NCBI GenBank assembly: GCA_964016885.1
Contig: OZ024740.1
Coordinates: 290,036,001-290,100,000, forward strand
Reading direction: 5' to 3'
From: Eledone cirrhosa
Taxonomy: Eukaryota
Length of the DNA: 64,000 bases
Notes under the pieces: generated by a model
Database searches by the model: none
Told to the model about the DNA's origin: nothing
The model's input: only the letters and a program-made list of their open reading frames with translations
Program-made: the position numbers and the translations under genes
Shown: positions 15,529 to 29,046 of the stretch, piece by piece
How the letters are laid out: every line of letters begins with the position of its first letter
Position numbering within the stretch: position 1 is the first letter of the stretch

Positions 15529-15639
<111 letters not shown>

Positions 15640-15851
15640 TGTATATGATTCTGTACCTCATTTCAATGCTCAACAAAATCCAATATGATGATAGCCTACT
15701 ACAAAAAACCAAATCTATTATCACCTGATCTTGTTGGATTTTTTACTTCTATACTACATCAGCGTTATTGACCCAACCATAGCCATGTAGTCACCAGGAT
15801 ATACTGTGTATATATATATATATATATAGGGAGAGAGAGAGAGACAGACAG

Positions 15852-15988
<137 letters not shown>

Positions 15989-16007
15989 TATACATACACA
16001 CATATAT

Positions 16008-16126
<119 letters not shown>

Positions 16127-17096
16127 GAGGGAGAGAAAGATTACTCCTATGATTTGTGGTCTACCTGTTCTCATCACAGAAAACTCTCTCTTTCTCTCTT
16201 TCTCTCTTTCTCTCTCTCTCTATATATATACATATATAATGTGTACGTATGCATGAATATATTTGTATATCTTTATAATCCTAATCAGTCATTTAAATCA
16301 ATTCTAATTTCTTCTTTGGTCAAAAACCTGCCCACATTACCTAAAGAAAACGTATACATTTAGTTGTTAACTTGCTTCAATGTTTAACTATCTGCAAACA
16401 ATGCTTCGAGAAACACTTAATTGATTAGAACAGATTACAGTAGATTGCAACAGATTAAGGTTTTATTTTTGATTCAGAAATATTCTGAAAATACCTATGC
16501 AGGAAATTGTCTCTATTTAGTCAAATATGCATTAGTAAATAAAACCTTTTGTACATTCTGTTGAGGAAATTGCTTTTGATTTTTCAGGCGTTGCAAATAA
16601 ATTTGTATCATTGTAACTATGCCAAAGCTGCATAGATTATTTGAATTGCATCACTCTGTACTAGAATTATCATTCATTCTTATATACAAAATTACTTCCA
16701 ACTTATTTTATATAGCACTGTCAAACAAAAGATAATGTGATTATCAATGGAAGAAAAATTACGTCGAAGATAAATTAATTGTAAATACCAAAGAAAGATA
16801 TGTGAGTTATAGAAAGATATCATCGTTCCACTTTGGCTTCGTAAATAGAAAATGTGAATAGCTTTAACGTTATGATTAGTTCTATTCTTATATTTACAGA
16901 AAATGTGATAACAATTACCAGAATGACATATTTAAAAGACTAAAGCTATAACCCATTTTAAAATTCTTAGTAACGTTAAATTTCTTAACAGTTTGTCAAA
17001 GTTCATTGTTAACATTTTCTAACAAACTTCCCCTACCCCCACTGGTAAGAAAATGTGATCAGTTCTTTTTCCTTTTACGGGAGATGTAACGAAAGA

Positions 17097-18385
17097 TGAG
17101 GGTGGGCTGAAAAATTCATAGGCTGGCTATAAAGGAGTGATGCTAGAGCTGTGAAAGCTTTCATGCATTTATTTAAAATCTTATTAATAACTGCATCGTT
17201 TCATCCCAGGTAAACTGACATCTGATTGTTCAAAGAAGACTTCAAAAGTAACTAGTTTCGACTTTTCTTGAAAATAGACAAAATTCGGTATCAAGGTGGT
17301 AATATCAAGTACTTGAAGAAAAAGGGTTTAGCCCCTAAAGAAATTCATGCTGACATGGTTACTACATAAGGCGATGTCACTCCAGCTTTATCAACAGTGC
17401 AGAGGTGGGCAGCTGAATTTAGGAGGGGAAAGGAGTCTTGAAGATGACCCAAGGTCTGGATGGCCAGCAACTGCCAACACCGAGGAAACATTGATTGGGA
17501 TTAGCACATGGTGAAGGATGACAGATGATTGACTATAAATCAAGCTATTAGCTAATCCCGTGAGAAAGTTGAGAATATTCTGCACAATTAATTTGGCATG
17601 ACGAATGTTTGTGCTCAGTGAGTGCCACGTCTTCTGACACCTGATCAAAAGTGCACCAGGCTGATCACATCACGGGACAATCTGACATTTATTTAGGCGG
17701 ATCCAGCTGGTTCCCTTGAACATTTCCTAGCACAGGATGAGTGTTGGGTTAATTACGTTGAGCCAGAGACAAATAGACAATTCATACAGGGGAAACACCC
17801 TCCTCACCTTCTCTAAAGAAGGCCAAAGTCGTTTCATCTGCAGGAAGGGTGATGGTCTCAGATTTCTGGGATACAAAAGGCATTGTGCTTATTTGCTTAT
17901 TGACTATCTTCAAAAGGGCCATACCATCAATGGTGAGTATTGTGCAAATTACTGAGGCAGTTACGAAAGGTTATCAAGCAAAAACGCCAAGGAAAAGTGA
18001 CGAAAGGAGTCTTGTTTCATCAAGACAATGCTCCAGTACACAAGTCTTTGGTTTCAATGGCTGCTGTGCGTGAATGTGGCTTCGAACTAGTTGACCACCC
18101 TCCCTATTCTCCTGATTTTTATTTATCTGACTATCATTTGTTCCCTAACACGAAAATAACCCTTGAATGGGAACAAGTATAGCAGGGATGACGACGTCAT
18201 ATCTACTGTGATGACTCTTTTGACCAATAGGATGAAAGCTTCTTCACCAATGAGATCCAAGCGCTGCAAAACCGATGGAAAAAGCGTGTGGACCACAAGA
18301 GGGACTATGTTGAAAAATAAACCTCATCTGGTCATATTTGATGAGAGTATGTTGATCAGCTTATCAACGTTTCAGCCGACCCTAG
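17097..18385 (+). mobile_element. Full-length defective mariner DNA transposon (~1.29 kb)
   Basis: Imperfect ~30-bp TIRs (gagggtgggctgaaa / tttcagccgaccctag, TA at right end); FHQDNAPVH...HPPYSPDFYLSDYHLF D,D34D motifs; frameshifted. Confidence 0.92.
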
Positions 18386-18750
18386 TAAATACTGAGGTGG
18401 CGAAGACAGAAAGCCCCGTGGTTAGATATTTTGCTTCCGAACAAAGTAGTTTTTTATCGTCCTTTGAAACGTTGGGCCTTTGTGCTGATGTCATTAAGGA
18501 TCAGACAGATTTACTTTTATCTCCACCGACTCTCCCCCAAGCTGCAATCACCAGTGCTCTAGAAACATCAGTAGTAACAGCCAGGGGTCTGCTAACTCTG
18601 CTGCAGTCTTCACCTTCCTTTTCATTTACTTTCCCTCTTCTGAGTAGACTACCCTCAAGTGGTCTTTATAACTACACGTATATCGACTGGACTTTCAGCC
18701 CCACATCACCAATTTCATGGAACTTTACTCCGTTCTCTCATTGGGATAAA

Positions 18751-18948
18751 ACACCGTTATAGATAGTAGCACCGTTATAGATAGTAGCACCGTTATAGAT
18801 AGTAGCACCGTTATAGATAGTAGCACCGTTATAGATAGTAGCACCGTTATAAATAGTAGCACCGTTATAGATAGTAGCACCGTTATAGACAGTAGCACCG
18901 TTATAGATAGTAGCACCGTTATAGATAGTAGCACCGTTATAGATAGTA
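18751..18948. repeat. 18-bp minisatellite (gcaccgttatagatagta) x ~11
   Basis: Contiguous near-identical units without spacers. Confidence 0.95.
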
Positions 18949-19624
18949 TCAGCGATAGATAGTATCAGCAATGGAAAGACCAACAGAAACATTATCTCCC
19001 TGGTCCGATTTGACGAGATCTCGCCAACTCGGGATCTTATCGATCGATCAGAGCGATAGTATTATGGTTTTCGGCCATCCTTAGAATCGAGATATTCATA
19101 AGACCCCAGCTGTATTGTGTTGTGTGTCACCTATATGCGCACCACATGACCGCAATGGTTCTTCAAAGAGATAACAAATCAAGGGCCATCCACCATTGCA
19201 ACAACATTTATGTGTAAATTAATGGTTCTACCAGAGTAGTCTATTTTCTGTTTTTTTTTGTTTCGTGTACTGTTTGAATTTGGTTTTCTTTTTTACCTTT
19301 GAAAATATTGTTGAGGCATGTATGTTTACGTTAGTGCTACGTTTTTTTTTATTTCATTCTGTCTCTGTCTGTCTCTTCCCTCTCTGTCACTTAATCGGCT
19401 ACATCACAATGTGAGAAGGGTCGTGTGGTACCACTCACAGTATCCCATTCTTCAAACAGTGAAAAGTATTGGGCAAGGAGCTAGAAACCTAATATAAAAC
19501 AAACAAACAAAAAAAGGCTAACAACTTTTAAGGGAAGGGAAAATCGATTAAATTGACCCCAAGACTTGATTAATACTTTGACACCTGGAAGGATGAATGG
19601 CAAATTGGACCGTGACAGGATTCG

Positions 19625-19776
19625 AAATCATTACCACCGCTATCATCACCACCACCACCACCATCATCATAATCACCACCACCATCACCACCACCACCAC
19701 CACCACCACCATCATCATCAACACCACCACCACCAATAAGAACAACAACGACACGAAGATGCACCGTCCTGTCCCC

Positions 19777-19807
<31 letters not shown>

Positions 19808-21850
19808 GTCGTCATCATCATCATCATCATCATCATTTCCAGAAGCATCACCACTATGGCACCTTTCATCACATTCACAACTACTATGAGCTCTGTTGTC
19901 ACCACGCCATCACTAAACCGCCACCATTACCGCAGCTACCACAACCACCGCCATCATAAATAACAGTAAACATCTCAACTTCAACCACCACCACCACTAC
20001 TACTACATAAACAACCTCCACATACACCATCACCACTACCGCCGCTACAACTGTCAACACCAATCCATCACCATCATCAGCATCATCATAATCATCACCA
20101 CCACCATCATAACTATCACGTCGACGACAACCACCACCACCACCACCACCACCACCACCACCGTCATCTCCACCGCCACCACAACCATCAGCATCGCCAC
20201 CACCACCATCACCACCGTCATCGAAATCGTCACCACCACCACCACCACCACCACCACCACCACCACCACCACCACCACCACCATCACCACCACCACCACC
20301 ACCACCACCACTTTTACTGCCATCAGTACCCCCATCACCACCGTCAACACAGCTATCGCCACCGTCACCACCACCACCACCACCACCACGACCACCACCA
20401 CCATCACAACAATCGCCACCACCATCACCACAACCAGCATCAACACCATCACCGTCACCAGCACTTCACATCCACCACTACCGTGGCTACTATCATCAAT
20501 AAAACACACCGCCGTCATCACCATCACCAACACCAATACACCAGTACTACCACAACACCACAACAATTACCGCAGCCCCAACCACTATTACCCACCACCT
20601 ATACAACCGTCACCACAACAACCACCTCCATCACATCTACATCCACCATCTCTTATATAGACAGTGACGCAACATTCACACTACACGCACACACACGCAC
20701 GCACACACACGCACACACACGCACACGCGCGCACACACACACACACACACATACGCGCACGCACACACACACGCACGCACACGCACACACGCATACACAC
20801 ACGCTATCATTACACCGCCACCTCCACCACCACCACCACCACTACCACAACACCAGCTATCACTTCTACAAACACCACGATCATAAACACCACCTCAACC
20901 ACCACCATCACCTCCTACTCCACCACCACCAGCACTACCACAAGCACTATCACCACCACCACCACCACCACCAACACCACCGCTCTCACCAGCAGCACTA
21001 CTACAAGCACTACCACCACCACCACCACCATCACCTCCACCACCACCACCTCAACCACCACCACCACCACCACCACCATCACCTCCACCTCCAACACCAC
21101 CGCTCTCACCAGCAGCACTACCACAAGCACTACCACCACCACCACCACCACCACCATCACCTCCACCACCGCCACCACCACCAGCACTACCACAAGCGCT
21201 ACCACCACCACCACCACCACCACCATCATCACCTCCACCACCACCACCGCTACAACCATCACCGCCACTACCACCACCACTACCACCAGCACTACCACCG
21301 CCACAGCACCAGCTATCACTTCTACAAACACCACCACCACCACCACAACAACAACAACAACAGCTATCACTTCTACAAACACCACCTCCACCTCCACTAC
21401 CACCACTACCACCACTACCACCACCACTACCACCACCACCACTACCACCACCACCAACACCACCACCACCATCATCACCGCAAACACCACCGCCGCCACC
21501 ATCACCATCACCACTACCAACGCCGCCACAATTATCACTATTGTAACCACCACATCCATAACCATCACTTTACAGTCATTACCACCACCACTACCACCAC
21601 TACCACCACTACCACCACTACCACCACCACCACCACATCCACCACCACCACCACCACCACTCATCACCACCACCACAATACCCCATCACAACCATTACAC
21701 CACCACCATCACCAGTACCACCACTACCACCACCACCACCACCACCACCACCAGCACCATCACCAGAACCACTACCACTCAACACCACCACCACCACCAC
21801 CACCACCACAATATCCCCCCATCACAACCATGACACCACCACCATCAGCA
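19625..21850. repeat. (ACC)n/(ATC)n/(ACT)n low-complexity tract
   Basis: Degenerate trinucleotide repeat open in several frames on both strands. Confidence 0.9.
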
Positions 21851-22149
21851 TCAACACGCAGCAACCCTCAATGCTATTATCCTTACCAAGTACTCACTTG
21901 CTGCTTTCCTACTCGGCAAGCGTGAAGCAGCGAGCCATTTCATTGGTTGATCTGTGCTGTTTTGCGACGACAGTACTACGGAAGCATAAAAGCAGCAGAA
22001 ATAAATGTCATTAACTTTTCTGGTTCATCGTATAAACTGATGTACGTTTCCACAAGAAACTAACACCAACCAAATCAAATTCACATTCACTACCATAATC
22101 ATCATCAATTTTTTTTAATTTTTTTTGTTAGTCTTTATTTAGTCTTTAT

Positions 22150-22455
22150 TGTGTTGTATCAGGTGAAAGAATGGTATTTAACTAATGTATTGGTACGCGA
22201 TGGGGCCCACCCACAGCCCCGGCGGACAGAATGGAGAAGGCGTTTCTCCGGAGGACGGCAAGGGAGACGCGCTGGAAAAGCCTCTCCAACTCGCGCGGCG
22301 CTCACACCTGCGGCTGGCCAGCTCAGCGCCTATGGTGGTGAGTAAGGAGGTAGCCCTGGGGCGGAGGACACCAGAAGTCTCCACTGCCCCAGGGGAACGA
22401 CCGCAAACCTGTCGGAGGGCGACGGGTATTTGAAAAAAAAAAAAAAAAAAAAAAA
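22150..22455 (+). other. GC-rich ~280-bp insert ending in a ~23-nt poly(A); probable short retrocopy or LINE fragment
   Basis: Abrupt composition change; short ORF to TGA immediately followed by an A-run at 22433-22455. Confidence 0.4.
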
Positions 22456-22744
22456 TTATATCATAATCATTAAGGTTGCCACCATAATCACTATCACCAC
22501 CACCTCTACCACCAACAGCACTAGCAATAGCGACTGCACCAGCCCGCCAACACCATCATCATCATCATCATCATCATGATCATCATCATTATCGCAGTCG
22601 ACGTCGTCATCATGATCATCATCATCATGATCATCATCATTATCATCATCACCACCTTCATCATCACCATCGCCATCACCATTATTTTCAACGCCATCGT
22701 CATAAACCTTAACTCTATCGTCGTCGTCGTCGTCGTCGTCGACG

Positions 22745-22782
<38 letters not shown>

Positions 22783-22974
22783 TTCATTATCTTCATTATC
22801 ATCATGATCGCCCTTATCATATATAAGTGTGTATGTGTAAATATCACCATTATCATACATGTTAATATGTAAATATATATATATATATGTATGTGTGTGT
22901 GCATGTGTGCATGTGTGTGTGTGTGTGTGTGTGTGTGTGATATTTACACTCATATACGTATATGTATGGTATTT

Positions 22975-23013
<39 letters not shown>

Positions 23014-23218
23014 AAGGTAAATGCTAAAGGCTCTTGAAGTCGGGATGGAGTCGTAGGGGCGCCCATCCTGACATACGCGTGTCTTCGCCACTCTAAAAAT
23101 GCCGGAATTATCCCTCTCCAGGTCGAAACACACATGGTTTCTTCCATAGAAAGAAAGAAAGTGAGGGGAAGAGAAAGAAAGTGTGACAGAGAGTGAAAGC
23201 GAGAGAGAGAGGGAGGGA

Positions 23219-23299
<81 letters not shown>

Positions 23300-23608
23300 G
23301 AGAAGAAAGAGGGACAGAATCGATGCCAGTACTGGAATAATACTTTATTTATCGATCTCAAGAGAATGAAATGCAACGTTGACCACGGCAGGAATGGAGC
23401 GCGGATCAAAAGAAACACCGGAGTATTTTTAATGTGCCTCTCTAATGACACTGCACTGCCAATTCGCCATATATGATTTGCAGAATTGCTAGAGCGTCGA
23501 ATAGAATGCATTGCAATAATTGTTCAGGCGTAGAGCTGATGCAGTATTTTCTCTCCCCCTCTCTATCTCCCTCATATCCACCCCTTTCTCTCTCTCTCTC
23601 TCTCTCTC

Positions 23609-23655
<47 letters not shown>

Positions 23656-23772
23656 CGCTCGTTCCAGCTGCCACGTCGTCGTGGATATTCCGCTGAGTTA
23701 AATATGAGATGATTACGAGATTCTCTTTGCCTGCTTCAGCAAAACTTCAGTACCTGACAACTGGGATACATG

Positions 23773-23908
<136 letters not shown>

Positions 23909-24399
23909 CACACACGCACATACACACATGTATATATGTGTGTTTATATATATATGTATATATATATATATGTATATGGAAAGAGAGAGGGGGAAAGAGA
24001 GGAGGAGGGAGAGAGACAGATAGGTAGATAAAGAAAGAGGGAAGGGGAGAGAGAGAGAGAAAGTGAGAGAATGAATAAAAATAACCAGGATAATATCACA
24101 TGAATTTATTTAATAGATTTACAAACGTTTCTTTCAATACAGTAGGAAGTACCATTTTATTCCCCTGCACTCTATTCCTTAGAATCATTAAACAATATAA
24201 AAAACATAATTATTTACCAACCGCATGTCCGAACGTCTTCATTTCGAAAACGTATATAGTTTTATCGCTAGTATAGGTGAGCTGATTACCCTCAATTGCA
24301 TATAACGCTGTATAAGTTGGCTCAACTTAAAAGTAGAATTAAACTTCGGTATAGTTGTATACATACATGTATATGAATTTCATATATCTAAAGATATAT

Positions 24400-25264
24400 G
24401 GTACGTTTAATAAACATTTTGAAAGCCCAGCTATGAATTGAAGACAGAATTGAGACAGAATCAGAGTATACAAAGGAGCCAAGGAGAAATATAAGACCCT
24501 TATAGAAATGGACATGAAAGGAATTTGCCCATTATACAGGAGTAAATCATCGAATAGCTTAGATAGGACTAAATATAAGATAGGGAAAGCCACTTCATGG
24601 TACGGCAATCAGAGATACCAGAATGTCATATTCGTGGCTGTTACCCCTGGAGGGAAATTAGCTAAGCAATGTAGAAAGGCCCTAAGAAAAACCAATCTAA
24701 AGATTAAAGTGGTAGAAAAGCCAGGAACTACCATAAAATCCATGATCAGCAAAACATACCCCTTTAAGAAAACCCACTGTACTAATAGGAAATGTGTTAT
24801 ATGTAAAGAAAACCCACTGTACGAATAAGAAATGTGTTATATGTAAAATAAACTCCCAGATAAGTTGTAAAACTAGAAATGTAGTCTATAGCATAAGATG
24901 TACAGAGGGTACTTGCAGAAACATGACAATGACATACATAAGTGAGACAGCTCGGAGCATAGGAGAAAGAGTAGACCAAAACTGGGGGGGGGGGGGGGGG
25001 GACGAAAAGGACAAAACCAACAACAAAAAAAATGGTTCAGTATCATATGAACACGCTAGACAAAGACATGAGGGTAATATAGACAACATAGAAATTAAAA
25101 TAATATCTAAGCATAGAAATGACTCAACAGGTAGGCAAATCAGAGAAGCAACTGAGATAGAACTAAGAAAAGCAAAGTTAAACAGAAGGAATGAAATAAC
25201 AACAACAATACTGACCAAACAAACAATACTGACCTAAGGGAAATATAAATAAATAAATAAATAA

Positions 25265-25315
<51 letters not shown>

Positions 25316-25770
25316 AATACAATAACAGCCAACACATATAAACACACACTAGTGAACAAAGATAGAATGCAAAAACACATACACTCAAACATGAACACAC
25401 ACACCAAACATTAAACACAGACGCAAACACATGCGCAAACAGAGCCAGAGACAAGAATAAATAAATAAATAAATAAAATAAAAATGGCGTAGGCAGTACG
25501 ATACAACGAGAGGAAACATAATAGTACTACTGTTGATGTCACAGATGTGTGACGAAAGAACTTTGATAGACTATATATATATATATATATATATTTATAT
25601 CTGTATTTTTAACCATTGGTTAATCAGTGATAACCATTGATTTCCAGATAAATTAACTATGGAGATATAAAATATACAGAAGCGAAAACCAACCCAAACC
25701 AAACAGAGGCGTGTGTTCTGTTATAATTTCTGGCAATATTATAACAATATGATCCTCCCCAAGTATAACA

Positions 25771-25772
<2 letters not shown>
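24400..25772 (+). mobile_element. 3' part of a Penelope-like (Naiad-type) element: thumb/linker, Cys-rich motif, GIY-YIG endonuclease, pLTR with hammerhead
   Basis: IFVAVTPGGKLAKQ, KIKVVEKPG, CTNRKCVIC...CKTRNVVYSIRC...YISETARSIGER...RQIREA...LNRRNE; frameshift from a 40-bp duplication at 24766-24847. Confidence 0.88.
25523..25570 (+). ncRNA. Hammerhead of the PLE pLTR (core A6 mutated)
   Basis: CTGTTGA t GTCACA gatg TGTGAC GAAA gaac TT; homologous to 618-660 and 39269-39312. Confidence 0.6.
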
Positions 25773-25817
<45 letters not shown>

Positions 25818-25944
25818 AAAGTTTTATTTAAAATGTTGGGTTACAACGAGTAAATATTTTATAACTGATATAAAAGCACTCAACAGATTTTGGAGTATTT
25901 TACGATATTAAACAAATGGAAATTACATTTATAAAACCATATTT

Positions 25945-26007
25945 ATTTCATTATATATATTTCAGGGATATCATATTAAAATATGGTATGCCTTCTTCAG
26001 ACAAAAT
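25945..26007 (-). ncRNA. Type I hammerhead (mirror copy)
   Basis: Reverse complement of 26475-26537. Confidence 0.8.
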
Positions 26008-26091
26008 ACAATATATAGACAGTTTTATAAATAAATTTGACATACCTTAGAGTTTACAACTTCCATTTAAAAAGTTGTTACGGTAGTAACA

Positions 26092-26400
26092 ACCGTAACT
26101 ACTGTAACTACCGTAACAACTGTTACTACCGTAACAACTGTAACTACCGTAACAACTGTAACAACCGTAACTACTGTAACTACCGTAACAACTGTAACTA
26201 CCGTAACAACTGTAACTACCGTAACTACTGTAACTACCGTAACAACTGTAACTACCGTAACAACTGTAACTACCGTAACAACTGTAACTACCGTAACAAC
26301 TGTAACTACCGTAACAACTGTAACTACCGTAACTACTGTAACTACCGTAACAACTGTAACTACCGTAACAACTATAACTACCGTAACAACTGTTACTACC
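26092..26400. repeat. 18-bp minisatellite (accgtaacaactgtaact) x ~17
   Basis: Contiguous units built of two related 9-mers. Confidence 0.95.
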
Positions 26401-26474
26401 GTAACAACTTTTTAAATGGAAGTTGTAAACTCTAAGGTATGTCAAATTTATTTATAAAACTGTCTATATATTGT

Positions 26475-26537
26475 ATTTTGTCTGAAGAAGGCATACCATA
26501 TTTTAATATGATATCCCTGAAATATATATAATGAAAT
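26475..26537 (+). ncRNA. Type I hammerhead ribozyme
   Basis: attttgt CTGAAGA aggc ataccatat ttta atatgatat ccct GAAA tatata TA atgaaat; 7-bp stem I with GU pairs, palindromic stem III, AUA triplet. Confidence 0.8.
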
Positions 26538-26578
26538 AAATATGGTTTTATAAATGTAATTTCCATTTGTTTAATATC

Positions 26579-26653
<75 letters not shown>

Positions 26654-26657
<4 letters not shown>

Positions 26658-26860
26658 ATTCAATATAAAGAGAGAAAAACAGATATATACAGATTTGTAT
26701 TCAGATTATAAGGGACCAACATTTGCTACGTTGAACAGTAGACTAAATATATATTTCTCTCTTTATATTGAATTATATTACACGACCCGGAAAAATTTTT
26801 GCTTGCGCTAATTTTAATTGAAAGGGACCTTAATGTGTTTGTAACTCAATATATACTTTA
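26654..26860. mobile_element. Small foldback (24-bp arms 26654-26677 / 26754-26777) with right-hand tail, in (TA)n
   Basis: tataattcaatataaagagagaaa ... tttctctctttatattgaattata. Confidence 0.65.
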
Positions 26861-26921
<61 letters not shown>

Positions 26922-27190
26922 AAAACAATGAAATAAAAAATCAACTCATTAGAAATATACTTCACTGCTTTACGATCGTTTCTAGGTGATGATCGTAACT
27001 ATACCTCGTTATCGATCTATGTAAGGTTAGTTACAAACTCTATGTATATATATATATTTATATAAATGGAATAAATGAAACGGAATTTCATTTCTCACTC
27101 TTAGTACGGCTGTTACTTAAATATAATATGTATACGTACATACATATATGTATACAGACGTACAGTAGTATGTATATATATACATACATG

Positions 27191-27257
<67 letters not shown>

Positions 27258-27375
27258 GTATGGGTTTACCGAACATTTATTATAATGTTCGGTTTGTTTG
27301 TAAACAAACAGCCCGAATTAAGCCGTACAGTGTTTAGCAACCATCGTTGCCCTTTTGTTCAACACTGACAAAGGA

Positions 27376-27418
27376 AAGATGTACTAGTTTCAAGCCTATT
27401 AGCTATCGTCAGCATCGT
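27376..27418 (-). ncRNA. Minimal type I hammerhead (mirror copy)
   Basis: RC: acgatg CTGACGA tagc taata ggctt GAAAC TA GTA catctt. Confidence 0.85.
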
Positions 27419-27880
27419 ATACCTTCCTGCAAGATGATTGAACGTCTGAAAGTATATACTTTCCTGATTCATATTAATGGCTGAGCAGCCTAATTTTCAT
27501 ATCGAGTGAGTTAGTCGGCCGGGCGCACCGGAAACGATAAATGGAAAAAATGAAACGAAATTTCATTTCTAACTCTTAGTATGGCTGTTACTTAAATATA
27601 AGTATGTATACGTACATATATATATGTGTGCATGTATATATATATATATACATACTACTGTACGTCTGTATACATATATGTATGTACGTATACATACTTA
27701 TATTTAAGTAACAGCCGTACAAAGAGTGAGAAATGAAATTTCGTTTCATTTTTTCCATTTATCGTTTCCGGAGCGCCCGGCCGACTAACTCACTCGATAT
27801 GCAAATTAGGCTGCTCAGCCGTTAATATGCATAAGGAAAGTATATACTTTCAGACGTTCAATCATCTGGCAGGAAGGTAT

Positions 27881-27923
27881 ACGATGCTGACGATAGCTAT
27901 TAAGCTTGAAACTAGTACATCGT
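27881..27923 (+). ncRNA. Minimal type I hammerhead ribozyme
   Basis: acgatg CTGACGA tagc tattaa gctt GAAAC TA GTA catcgt; perfect 6-bp stem I, palindromic ACTAGT stem III, predicted cut after 27917. Confidence 0.9.
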
Positions 27924-28306
27924 TCCTTTGTCAGTGTTGAACAAAAGGGCAACGTTGGTTGCTAGACACTGTGCGGCGTAATTCGGGCTGTTTGTTTACA
28001 AACAAACCGAACATTATAATAAATGTTCGGTAAACCCATACGTACATATAATATATATGTGCATGTATGTATATATATACATACTACTGTACGTGTGTAT
28101 ACATATATGTATGCCAACGAAATCACTAAGACAACAATATTACTAAACCGACTACCGTCGGTTTAGGATGTACTTATACACACACACACACATATATATT
28201 TATATATATATATAACGAAGGAAATGTTGTAAGGAACCAGGTGGACCATAACGCACCAAAGTACTCAATACTTAGGGTAGTAGAGTGGGTAATAGGAACA
28301 AGTGAG

Positions 28307-28400
28307 ACCCCGACGGCTGAGCTCAAGCCGTTTCGACGGCTAATTCTGTACTGAATGAAAATTTATTCTGGTATTTAAATAGCCGAGCTTATCAAGGGGT
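28307..28400 (-). ncRNA. Hammerhead, U3-A8 variant (mirror copy)
   Basis: Reverse complement of 28889-28982. Confidence 0.75.
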
Positions 28401-28888
28401 AATTCCATATATGGTCAAAGAGATAATCACCAGGATTGGTCACATCACAAGTTAGTAGTAAATCTGTGATGGCAAATTGGTGGGGGAAGGGGTAGCTAAA
28501 CCTGTTTATTTATTTATTTATGTATTTCTTTAGCCTAGCATTAGCGAGAGACTTAAGTCTTAGCAACCAGACTTTGCTTATTTATTTATTTATTTATTTA
28601 TTTTTATTTTATTTTTTCTCTCTCAGTACCTTTTATAGTTTTACCCTTCATTGTTCTACTTACCGTTTCGACCTCCTCCCCCTCCCCCTCCCCAGTATCC
28701 TCTTTGACCTCACGCCCAGCTGTAGCTGGCACTACCAACGCATGAATGGGTCTACTCCACCCCTCTCCCTTTTTCTCCTACCGGCAGGTTTAGCTACCCC
28801 TTCCCCCACCAATTTGCCATCACAGATTTACTACTAACTTGTGATGTGACCAATCCTGGTGATTATCTCTTTGACCATATATGGAATT

Positions 28889-28982
28889 ACCCCTTGATAA
28901 GCTCGGCTATTTAAATACCAGAATAAATTTTCATTCAGTACAGAATTAGCCGTCGAAACGGCTTGAGCTCAGCCGTCGGGGT
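28889..28982 (+). ncRNA. Type I hammerhead with U3-A8 core variant and long stem II
   Basis: acccc TTGATAA gctcggcta...tagccgtc GAAA CGGCT tgagctc AGCC GTC ggggt; GUC triplet, predicted cut after 28977. Confidence 0.75.
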
Positions 28983-29006
28983 CTCACTTGTTCCTATATA
29001 TATATT

Positions 29007-29046
<40 letters not shown>

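Larger units (their letters stand above)
25815..26581. mobile_element. Foldback element: 191-bp perfect inverted arms (25901-26091 / 26391-26581), minisatellite spacer, left-only tail
   Basis: Arms are reverse complements; (TA)n on both sides. Confidence 0.9.
27065..28175. mobile_element. Retrozyme-like element: two oppositely oriented partial tandems of a ~430-nt hairpin-rich unit, each with a hammerhead
   Basis: 27251-27620 is the reverse complement of ~27680-28048; direct repeats 27065/27540 and 27629/28060. Confidence 0.8.
28215..28997. mobile_element. Foldback element: 213-bp perfect inverted arms (28292-28504 / 28785-28997) plus ~77-bp left tail
   Basis: Arms are reverse complements; same family as 52641-52834 and 63518-63693; (TA)n flanks. 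Confidence 0.9.

Noticed and set aside
18163-18762. 199-aa ORF
   Set aside because: Starts out of frame in the mariner end and reads through its TIR into flank; no motif.
18751-18948. CRISPR-like appearance of the 18-bp arrays (also 26092-26400)
   Set aside because: No unique spacers, no cas genes, eukaryotic context; similarity between the two arrays is limited to ACCGT.
20483-21925. His-rich and Thr-rich mucin-like ORFs
   Set aside because: Open in several frames on both strands, cross a (CA)n tract, no signal peptide or clear exon boundaries.
24508-25237. Selenocysteine recoding as reported for some Naiad elements
   Set aside because: Cys positions use TGT/TGC, with no in-frame TGA and no convincing SECIS.
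26965-27020. Half hammerheads GAAACGATCGTA (also 56297) and related halves at 8005, 53465 and 63961
   Set aside because: CUGANGA box missing, decayed or beyond the window; not counted as ribozymes.
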